Source: Phoronis australis (lineage: Eukaryota > Animalia > Phoronida). From it: DNA of 64,000 nt. Positions 50,401-62,400 of the stretch are shown in pieces. Position 1 is the stretch's first letter, and each line of letters begins with the position of its first letter. The DNA lies in NCBI GenBank assembly GCA_002633005.1, contig NMRA01000226.1:65728-129727 (forward strand). Reading direction: 5' to 3'. The notes below the pieces were generated by a model that saw only the letters and a list, made by a program, of their open reading frames with translations, ran no database searches and was not told where the DNA came from. A program made the position numbers and the translations under genes.

Positions 50401-53400
50401 TCTGACCAGAAGATCACTCCGCCATTTTGAACTTACCGCGAAACCAGAAGTACAATTCATTTAGGAACCTAGGCTTAAGAACGCTGGCTGTGCAATTGGA
50501 GCAGTGTTTGTTACCAGCCTGCAAATGAGGATAAAATAATTGACAGTGTACCTTAACTTTAATAAAATCAAAAAATAGGGGCAATTTGTACTGAAAATTT
50601 TGACAAAATGTGGCTAAATAAATTTTGACAGAAATTATTTTGCCGGGCTCGGACCTGCAGCGGCAGTGACCCAGTGCAGACCGATCGAGACCACTCGCAC
50701 TGACAAAAGACGAAGTCATGCCGTCCCCGACTGCTTTATCAGAATAAATGGTTCTAATCATGAATGCGGTATACATACAATGATAGTTTCCGACACTTGC
50801 ATGAAATTTTGGTTTAGCAACAGTCCTGTGCCTACGATTGAAAAACAACCCGGGCTGAGTATGGTGGGCTAGGCTAACTTAAGGCGTGTTTTACTGGGTT
50901 TAGTTAACTCTGGTAAACAAACAGACTGAGTATAAACAGAACAACGAATTTGCTACATCAAATTATCGAATAAAATTGCTATACAGTGAGAATATCCTTA
51001 CAGTTAAAGTTGCTAGAATATGGAAAACAACTTTAGGCGTGACTTTAGCTGGCTGCCAAGAGAATACCATTTGGTGGCCGGGCAAAATAACTTAAGGTAG
51101 AAAACTTGCCATGGTGTATCAGTATTAAGTATTATAAGTATAAGTAATATAAGTATTATTGACTCAGAGTTTAAAGTAAAAGGAATAATTCCAACTTAGC
51201 CAGAAACATTCGTATACGCTGCTAGCCGGCAGAGCCGGACCGCCTGGCTTGCCGTGCGTGGACATCTGTGCTCCACGGGGCAAGATGAAAATATTAATTA
51301 GCTACCTGGTCCTGAATGAGTGAAATTCCCGTGACGAAGATATTTAAAAAATACTGCGTCATGCGCCTAACATTGCAATATTTTCCCATCGCGATGAGTC
51401 AGGGTTGACCTCAGTAGCCAAGCATTGGCTACGGGACACTTGGCGACAGTACTTCACAAACTTATGATTAAGCGTTAAAGACCATTCGTCATATGCAAAG
51501 AACAGGTAAAATTTGGACTTTAAATAATCAAGTTTGTATAAAAAGAACCAAAAGGGGAATCAAAAACAACCAAACAAAGTACCAACGCATTAAAGATCAC
51601 GGTGATGTCAATACGTTTTCAAGGACAACATGGCTGGCATTCAGGAATCGTTCCTGATCTGACACACAGGAACTCAGGTCATGGAAATAGACTGGATTAG
51701 TCGATGGTTTTTCGCTCTCGGCCGAGGTACAAAATTGTGCCAAAAAATTCTTTAAGTTTGATAACAGAAAGGATGTGAACATTATGCCATGTTACATATT
51801 ACTTAATTTGGTATATATTTTTAAGTTTTTGTACTAGAATGCCTTTTGAGACGAGGATTTTAAATGAATTCAATCCCTCACCCCAGTTATGTGAATAATT
51901 GACCTTTTCCTAATAGCAGAATTATTTCCCCTGATTTACAAAGACAGTTGCTCGTGTTCCATATTTTTTGATGATTCATGTTTCGAAACGGAATATGTGA
52001 AGAATGTTTTTCATTGAGATTATCTAGTATCTGTTTCATTTTCACACATGGTGGATGTTTTTTTTTTCAATGACTTTCCACTACCTTCATTGGAATTTTT
52101 AGATAGGCCATTCATAAAATTTAAGCGTGGTTTGACAGTAGAAATACGAATCGAGATTTCAGCAGGGAAGCACAGTCTCATCTCTCTAGCTCAGCCGCTT
52201 CAGGCAAGTTCGCTGTACCTAACTCAACATTTCATGTAACTTAGTCTGTGGTCCCAAATAAGCTGCCAGCCGTGTGTCACCAGTTATTGGAACGTTGCGA
52301 CGAGTGAACAAGATCCCAAGATATGAGATCACGGCGGTATGATAATCTGACTAGAACTCCCAGAGATGACTCAGATAAGCGCGTGTCTTTTCAGTAACAT
52401 GAACAACCCGTATAGACAGTAGTGATTGTCTCATTAGAAAAAACTCAAATTTGGTGTGAAAGCAGCGCCATCTGCAGCTAAATTGTGGAGCATTTGTATG
52501 AGTTAGGTTTGAGCTGCCGGATTCTTCAATAGTGTTCCATCAGGAAGTTATGGTAGTATGTATTTACTAATTACTAAACTGGATTTAAGTAAAACAACAA
52601 AACTGTCAAACTTTGTCATTGTTAAATTACGATCATTCTACAGAAAATTGTGCTGAAATACCAGAGCGAAAACACGCTGACTTTTTGCGCCGTTGCCTAG
52701 CGATCCTCGACAGGGCAGCTTGAACAAAAATATAGTTGGGATTCAACAAATTACCTGAAATCCTCACTTAAGTTTTCCAAATACCGTCCCTAAGATTTTA
52801 AGTTCCTGTGGAGTCGGTATTATGAACAAGATAGGTTTAAATCTGCGAAAGATTATATCCAGCAACGTGAGAAAAATCTCTGGACGAACACACATGTCGT
52901 AGTCATGTGACCTTTGTTTTGAAGATTGTCTGCGTGTGTGAGTGAGTGAGCGCGTGCGTGTCATCAGCGTTCATTTGCCGGAGGTGTGCATTGTAACTAA
53001 ATTGTAACAAGCAGTATCACGAGAACGTGTTTTATTTAGCACTTGCTGATCACATCTGTTATTAAAATGTGCGAGATTTGTCTCGGCAGGGCCTAAAGCC
53101 GAATGTCATAGATTGGCCAAGTGACTTGATGTGTGAGTCTGAGTTATTTTCTGGGAGATTGGGGGGTGGAGGTGTCCACTATTAGTGGGGCATTTTATCA
53201 GGTAGTTTACTTTAAAAACACCAATTATGAATACATTGAAAAAGTGATTAATAAGGCATTGTCTCTTAAAAACAACGCAACAGTTTTTACGGCATTAGAA
53301 ACTTCCTGAAATTAGTGCCCGATATTTATTTCTTGCCGATATGGCTACCCGGCGTAGCTTCATCGATAATTCCCAGAGACTAATGTCTGGGATGTCAAGG

Positions 53401-56400
53401 GACAGGTATGTAGCACGCGCTTCCTGTCCACGTGCTTTTAACAACAATTTTTTTATTTGTGAGACAGCCATAAGCAGTTTTCACGTGTAGGCCCTACAAA
53501 GTGTTAAAAAGTAGGTCATGCCTGACCAGTTCAATGTACATTATTTTTTGAAACATAGGTCGTACATAAATACCTCCAGCGGAGATGTTTTAACATCTCT
53601 ACTGATACTGAAGTCTAGAAATTTGCGTTGAATTTGAAATTGTTATTGTGGATAACTCTGCTAATGTACATTATACATTGGAAAACTGTTCTTTACTCAT
53701 TTGGCTAATTTGGTAGTGACCTTATGCTAGTTATTGGATTGTGAGCAATCCCTGTGCTGTTCAAGTCTGTTTCAAAGAGATATTAAACGAGTTCTTTATT
53801 AAGGGTGGCGTATTTGTTTCACCAATATGCCTTTCAAAATTTTCTAATTCTCTCCTGTGCTCTGGTAGCGGGGTAAATTTCTAAATATTTTACTCAAGTT
53901 GAACCTCAGTCAAGTGTTCACTGATGCCAGCAACAAATGATTTGATGAGCTTTTCGTAGTGGCGCATGCTACTGGAGAATTATAGCATTTTCGGGATCAA
54001 GGGTTAAAGTTAAAGCCCAAATGTAAAATTTTGATGATCATTATCGCTGTTATCCGCACTTAAAAAATTCCCGAGACATTCTCTTTCATAAGGGAAACTT
54101 GTTAATTTTGTTTTGTAACAGGAATCATGGTTGCATCCATCACCGATCTGCAATATACTTTTTTACTGTTTCATCAAAGTAAAAATGTTTGCAGCGTTGT
54201 GTATTTTTTAGTTCATTTGTATCACAAGCGAAAGAACCGTAGTGACATCTTACAAAGAGAGAAACTGCAGAGGTGGTTAATTCAACACCAAATATAATAT
54301 AAAATATAAATCTACAAACTTACAACTTGTCCTCTGTAACTGAGGTCATCATCTCAACTGACCTATCGCCAGGATTTTTAGTGACCCATCAAAACTCAGC
54401 ATTCTAATGACACACCTTCGTTTCCAAACCACCATGATTTTACCCGACAAACAACATGTTTGTCGACCTTAGGCAAGGGGGCGGAGCTTGTGGTAGGTCA
54501 ATTACTTTATATTGGGTTGATTCTAAAATCCCCCAAGTCTTCAAAGCCAAAGGTTTAAAAGTAAAAGATAACTTTGAAAGTTAAAGTCAAAGTTAATGAC
54601 TAAAGTTGAAAAGTCAAGGTCTTATTGTATAGAGACTAGACCCGATAGAATCCGAATTCACTGCCCGAGTGGCCTGTTTTATATGCAATAAATTCTGCAC
54701 TGAGAATGTTCCAAATTGTGCTACTTAAGGAGTCTAAAGTTTAAGGCAAAAACCAAATAATAAAAAATCTGTAAAATGAAATTTGGGTCATCGGAAGTGT
54801 CAGATTTAGGATGCAGGTAATAGACACCCCCTATGTAATGAACTCGGCCAGTTTCTGCAAAATTGAGATGTGTTTAATCTCACGTCTCATCCAACAGTTG
54901 GCTTTAGTATTCATTTCCTGTGAAACTTGGCTAATTTAAGTGTTCATACTCCATTGTTGCGGAAATCTCTCAATACCTTGCCATGCCTTTACTGAATTAT
55001 TCTTGTCATTCAAAACTTAGGTTAGGTTACATTAGTTACCACGGAGTGAGTGTCTTACATAAATTTTAAAGACTAATAGTACACCAGCCGTAAAACTGAA
55101 TACCATATTCACCCTAATACTCCAATAAGCGCCCCCCACGCGTTTACAGATTTCACTTAAATAAGTGCCCAGCCCACGAACGTGTATACATTTGAAAAAT
55201 GCCTTGCCTAGAGTTCTAAAATTCTACAGTAAAGTCTTCAATTTATCAATAATATCCAACAGTCCTTAAAAATCATTGTGCACCAAATTGCTAGACCACG
55301 AGCCTTGCCGCGCCAAATTTCTAGAGTCTTGCTGCTAATTGTCAGTATTTAGCCGTGAATATACACTTCAAACTTCCACAGTGCTTCAAAAAAGAACTCG
55401 AAAAGATTTGCAGATCTCGCGAGGCACGTGTCCCACTATGGTCTGGCCTTTCAGAACAGACACAGTGTACTTGTCAACAGGAGTGAATCTCTCACTCGGC
55501 ACACACATGCAGACGAATTTCAAAACAGATATTACGTGACAACGTGTGTTCGTCCAGATTTTTCTCATGTTTCTGGGTGCGATGTAGTGCCCATTTAGAC
55601 TTAACCTGCGGTCAATCCCAACTCCACGGGAACTTAAAAATCTTAGGGATGGTATTTGGAAAACTTAAAGGAGAATGCTATTTGATTTAATTTGTCTTTT
55701 TTACCGCCTTAATCGGTCTATATCCACGTCACCTCGTATACTGTTGATCTTACCTTGCCGAGAGGTGTCGCGTTTACCTGTGAGGAAGGTGAGAAACGAC
55801 GCAGCGACTTCAGTGGTTCTTCTGCAGAGTGAATGCCGCTGTTATGTGGTGTATCTTTTCTGCTTGTGTGAACCGTGTATGAAGCTGCGAGGAAAGCGGG
55901 TATATCATTTTTTCGATTTCCTGGAGAGCCCATAATGCTACGGAAATGGCTCGTGGTAGTGAAGAATGAGGTCGCAAGTATGAGGCCGTGAAACTTTGCC
56001 GTGTTTGTCAGTGGCCTGCATTTCGTCGGATCGGTTGTTGATCAGTTTTTGATTATGGAGAATTGACAGTAGTTGGCCATGAAAACATAAATAATTACAA
56101 TTAATTCAAGGCGTGAGAACATGTATTTTTATATAACCTGTTTGATGACCGACTTGTTTATGAGGCTTCTATATGATCCTCTGGGTGTAGGATGTTTTCG
56201 CCAGTTTTTTTTCTCAACCCTCTAAAACACTCGTAATCACACCGGTGCAAAATCAGGATGGTTAGTGAGACACATCTGCGCTGTAAGTGCCCTGGGTGCT
56301 TATTAGGGTGGTATTTGTAAAATTCTTGATCACAGAATCTTGTCTTGTACATAATGCAATGCCCAGATGTTTTTTTAAGAATTTGAAATTTGACGAAATT

Positions 56401-59400
56401 GGCAACTTTGCTTCTCTGGCATGGCTTATCAACTTCACGTGAATCTTGTAGGTATTATGCTTTATACTTACAGTGTTCTCCAAAATACTGTTAGGATTCA
56501 TTTTAGAGATTTCCTCTTTTGCATGAAAGTCTATCAAAAATAGGACTTTTATTAAATAACAGCATCTTAGAAAAATTCGCTTGTAACGAAAGGGTTATTT
56601 CTGTCGTTTTCCTCACCAGCACCACAATAAAGAACTCAATTCTATGACAACTCCACTGCCATTAACTCCACTTACTGTTCCCGTTGACTGTCAACATTGG
56701 AGTTGCCATTAGTCGTCTCATTTAAACCAGGCGTCGTATTTGAATCATAATGAACTTCTCCTGCCAGTTATGATGCAGAATAACAAAACACCAGACGGAT
56801 CAGCGTTGTTGTCTGTCAGATTTTTCTTATCTAGTTGGTAATGGCAGAGGGATGAATGTCTCATTGAGTCTCACGTGACTTCTTAGGATTGCTCCAGCCG
56901 CACTTGAATCCACCTGTTTTGAGAGGAGTTGCGATATAACGGCAAATTAAAGTGCGGGAGTTATGCTTTCCCATGGAACGGAACTCCGCAAAAAAGAGTT
57001 GCGGTGTTGATGGCAAAGGATGTACATAACCATATTGCTAGCAAAAAATAGTCTTGTAGAATAAAAGGTTTTATGAATGTAAATATGTGTGTGGTCAAAT
57101 TACATGAGTCTTGGTATTCCCAGGTGGAGATAAGTAATTCTCTTGCTCAAAACTCAAAAACTGCTTTGTAGCTGTTTTGGATGTTTTGAACATTGCTTCG
57201 AACAGTCCTTTGCCAACAAGTGGCAGGTTGTTTCCCATAGAGTTAGTACTTTGTATGTAGGAGGAAGATTACCTGAAGTACCTGGTGAGCTTTCTTGTTC
57301 AATTTAGTTAGAATCTTGGCGTGATCACTGCATTCAGTATGTTCAGAGGCACTTAGGTGTTCCTTTTCCAGTGGCTTTGTTGTGTTTTTTGATTCTGGTG
57401 CTCAGGGTTCACTCGGGTTTCACCATATGTTGGTATGGGATGGGTCTTCTGAGATCTGGTACATCACACAGGATTGGCGAGTGGAGTAGAGTCCTTGGAG
57501 TCAACTAGCTGCTCGGTTGATTGGTTTTATGAGGGTGTTGTTGTCCAATGACACAATGTGTTCCAAAATATGGCTTGCCTCTGAAATTGCTGCTCGAGGT
57601 TCTGATATTACTATTTAGCGTATACGATAACGTCACACGGAAATTGACAAACTTGGTATGGGTATATTTTGGATTTAGTTTTTGTCTTGAAGTGTAGCCA
57701 TCAGTACTGCAAGTGGATTAATCAGTAGTTTGACACGTGTAATTTTAGAGCTTAGTACTAATCTTTTATATGTTGTGTATGGCACTAGTGAGATGCAGCA
57801 TACTAACTGATGGTCATAATTTTACCATCATATGTGTTCCCAAGTATTGTAATTGAAATTGTTCTGTGGTGTATGTTTTGCCATACCTCCTTTTCCTTTT
57901 CTTTTTTAAATATTATTAGACTTTGAAGTTAGATTTCTTGATTACTTATCCACCTAGGCTGTATACTAAATATACAGCTCTGCACCGATGTGGGTAAAAA
58001 AATGACCAACTAAAATTTGTTTCTAAATTAGTGTCATTGAAAACTACCTGTCTTCCTTGAGTAAACTAAATTATTTTACGGTGTTGGAAAAAATGGCGTT
58101 CTACCGTTAAGCGATCTTTAGTGTTGTCTTTCGGAGCCATGGAATATTGCGTCACCTAGTGGCCAGTTTGTTTGTTCGCCGATTCTTCAATCAACTTTTC
58201 TTCCACGAGGTTGCGTAGATGTCACATCAAATTATCGGAACTGGTTTCATTAAGTTACAAATTTTGTATTTTAATACCGGCAAACTGAATTTCAGAATCC
58301 ATTTTGCTGCTGCAAAGCACGGTCGTCATCTCCCGAGAGATGTAGCTAAATTTTAGGAAATAGTCCATACGTGTGGCACAAGCATACTGCTTTCAAAACG
58401 ACGAAATACTTTTCATTATTACAAAATGTGAAGAATTATGCAGGACAGTGATAGATTGTTTTTCAATTAAACGGCTGTAACGGGCAAGGTGAGTGACAGT
58501 TATTGCACAGATTTTGCATGTGCCCCGTCTGATACAAGTTTCACGGCCAGGTGACGAGCAGAACTACCCTGGCTGCTGAACACAGTGGTACCTACCTGTA
58601 TTTTGACGATAGTCTTCATACAGCTAGCTGGCTGGCTAGCAGTAACCCATTTGGTAACATAATCAAGATTAAACTTGGCACATATTGGTGATTGTGTGGG
58701 TAGGAAATGCTGTGTCACAATATCACTGGTGGGTATCCCGCTTAATTTTGATGATGTCACTGAATGGGTTATCGACTAGGGATATATCAGCAAAAAAACT
58801 AAGTAAATTTCATTGTCCATTGAATTTTTAAATTAAAAAAGAACGATTGAAGGTCGTGTTAAACGGGCACTACAGAGCAATGTCTACATGTCTTGTGAAC
58901 ATGTGGATGATTTTTGGGGTAAAAGTTAAGATCGTTTAAAATGGATCCACACTGTATCTGAATAGAACGGTTGCAGGTTGTATTAAACTTCATTTAGTAC
59001 TTGGCAAAATTTAATTGGTGTTCACAATTGAAGTTCATTTTTATGCGCCCACATATTTATATGTGGACGCATTATGCCGTCATCTCTGTCCGGCCGGCCG
59101 GTGTCTGGCGTCCGCTGCTCTATCTCCAAAGCGCCTTGACGTATGTTCATGAAATTTTGCACATGTGTTCCTTCCGTGAATGGGACGTCATGAGCGAACT
59201 TTTGGACGGATCCGACTACCAGTATACCCCTAGTGGCAGTTTTAGTTTTTTATGTTTACCTCAGTCTGTATCTTCAAAAGTCCTGAACGGATTTTCATAA
59301 AATTTGGTAAAAAAGGCACCTATTAGTGAGATGACGCTGTCCTTCCGTTTTCAAATGGATTCAACATAGTTTGTGCCATCTATTGGCCATTTTTGCTGTT

Positions 59401-62400
59401 TTCGAGTTTGTTTTTTGCGTGCACCCCTCTATCATGCAAACCGCTCAAAGGATGATTGTGAAAATTGGCACATATGTTCTTACTGTGAAGTGGACAGCTG
59501 ACGATGATTTTCTGACGATTTCGACTGCTATTTTGTTTTTTCGCCTATGTCTGTATCTCCTTAACCATTCAAAGGATCTTTACAAAATTTAGTAAGTGTA
59601 TTTATATGATGTTGACAACGGACTATAACAACTTTCGGCAATTTTATTTTTTTACGTTTACCTCTGTATGTTCAAAGGTCCTCAACGTATTTTCATAAAA
59701 TTTGGCATACAGGCATCTGTTAATGAGGTGACACTACCTTTCCATTTTCAGATGGATTCGACCTAGTTTACGCCACCTAGTGGCCATTTTTACTGTTTTC
59801 GAGTCTGTTTTTTGGCGTCCACTCGTCTATCAACCAAACCCATTTCAGGATAATTGTGAAAATTTGCATGTCTGTATGATTTTACTTTGAAGTGGACGGC
59901 TGACGACAATTTTTCGAGTTTGAATACTGTGGAGCCTCCTAGTGGCAGTTTTGCTTAATTTAGATGAAGTCGACTTTCGGACGGATCTGACTACTGGTGT
60001 GCCCCTAAGTTGCAGTTTTAGTTTTTTATGTTTACCAGTCTGTATCTTCAAAGGTCCTCAACAGATTTTCATAAAATTTTGAATACAGACATCTATTGGT
60101 GAGATGAAACTATCGTTCTGTTTTTGGATGGAATCGAGTTATTTTGCACCACCTGGTGGCTATTTTTGCTGTTTTCTAGTCTTGTTTTTGGCGTCCACCC
60201 GTCGATCAACCAAATCATTCTAGGGATGGTTTTGAAAATTGGCATTTAAAATTATGTTTTCAGTGTGAAGAGAACGTTTGATGATGGTGACTGACTACTG
60301 TGGCGCCTCCTAGTGGTAGTTTTGTTTTGTTTTGTGGCCTTGGCTGTATCTCCAAAACCCACTGCAGGATCTTTATTAAATTTAGTACGTGAACTTATAT
60401 GAAGATAACAGACGACGACTTTCAGGTGGATGGAACGCACGCTGTGCCCACAAATGGCAATTTCATTTTGTTCTGTTTTTCTTTGTTTCTCTGAAGTTCC
60501 TTGATAGATTTTTATGAATTATGGCATGTTCCCGTTTTTGGATGGATTGATGTTTTTGCGCCATCTAGTGGCCATTTTTGTGATACAAATAAATAACCCT
60601 AAAAGCACACCATTTGTGATGCATTTGTGGGTGCATTTCAACGCTCTGCGTTGCTGGTGTTTTATTTGTTTGCAAACTAGAGGTCATTTTTTGATTTGTT
60701 TGCAAACTAGAGGTCATTTTTGATTTGTTTGCAAACTAGAGGTCATTTTTTGATTTGTTTGCAAACTAGAGGTCATTTTTATGGCCCACATATTTATATG
60801 TGGACGCATTATGCCGTCATCTCTGTCCGTCCGTCCGTCCGTCCGGGCGGCGTCCGTCCGGTGTCCGGCGTCTGGCGTCCGGCGTCCGCTGCTCTATCTC
60901 CAAAACCCTTTGACATACGTTCATGAAAGTTTTCACATATATTCCATTCATGAATGGGACGGCATGTGCGAAGTTTCGGACGGATCCGACTACCGGTGTG
61001 TCCCCTAGTGGCAATTTTAATTTTTTACGCTTACCTTTGTATCTTCAAAAGTCCTGAACGGATTTTCATGAAATTTGGTATGTAGGCACCTATTAGTGAG
61101 ATGACGCTATCCTGCCGTTTTCAGATGGATTCGACATAGTTTGCGCCACCTAGTGGCCATTTGTAGTGTTTTCGAGTCTGTTTTTGTGCGTCCACCCCTC
61201 TATCAACCAAACCGCTCAAAGAATGATTGTGAAAATTGGCATGTATATGCTTACTATGTAGAGGACGGCTGACAATGATTTTCCGACGATTTCGACTACT
61301 GTGGCGCCTCCTAGTGGCAGTTTTGTTTTTTTTGCGCCTATGGCTGTATCTCCTGAACCGTTCGCAGGATCTTTACGAAATTGTGTAAGTATATTTATAT
61401 GATGTTAACAACGGAAGATGACGACTTTTGGTCGGATCCGACTACCGGTGTGCCCCCTAGTGGCAATTTTAGTTTTTTACGCTTACCTTTGTATCTTCAA
61501 AAGTATTGAACGGATTTTCATGAAATTTGGTATGTAGGCACCTATTAGTGAGATGACGCTATCCTACTGTTTTCAGATGGATTCGACGTAGTTTGCGCCA
61601 CCTAGTGGCCATTTTTACTGTTTTCGAGTCTGTATTTTTGCGTCCACCCCTCTATCAACCAAACCGCTCAAAGGATGATTGTGAAAATTGGCGTGTATGT
61701 GCTTACTATAAGGAAGACAGCTGACAATGATTTTCAGACGATTTGGACTACTGTGGCGCCTCCTAGTGGCAGTTTTGTTTTTTTGCGCCCATGGCTGTAT
61801 CTCCCAAACCGTTTGCAGGATCTTTACTAAATTTAGCAAGTGTATTTATGTGATGTTGACAACGGACGATGACGACTTTAGGATGATTCTGATTACCGGT
61901 ATGCCTCTAGTGGCAATTTTAGTATTTGCCTCTAGTGGCAATTTTAGTATTTTACATTGACCTCTGTATTTTCATAGGTCTTCAGGTGTATACTTTGTGT
62001 TACTTCGTGACTGTGAAGGAAAAGTTCCAAGTAGAAATTTGTTTCTGGCATTCTAATGCTGTGCTAATCTCGTATGTTGGTAAATTTGTTTTTATTCTAT
62101 GTTTCTGTGGTGCTTTAAGCAACTGGTGTATAGGATGTGCTTGTATTATGAAGATTACTCACATTTTGCCCCTAGCCTATTGAGGAGACAATGACCATGC
62201 CTTTCCATTTTGCAAAGTATGCCCTCTACTGGCCACTTTATGGTACCAATAAACAACCCTAGAAGGATACCGTATGCGGTGCAATTGTGGGCGCATTTCA
62301 ACGCTCCGCGTTGCTCTTGTTTGATTTGTTTACTACCTAGAGGTCATTTTTCATGCCTGATCATCATCCGATTTTTCTTGCAACTTTTTTGTTATAACTC

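Noticed and set aside
52245-52326. Possible extra gene 2 exon (LWSQISCQPCVTSYWN...)
   Set aside because: Runs into a stop codon; exons 46729-46849 and 62631-62818 already join in phase to complete the domain
60661-60780. CRISPR-like 30 bp repeats
   Set aside because: Units are directly adjacent with no unique spacers, there are no cas genes, and the DNA is eukaryotic
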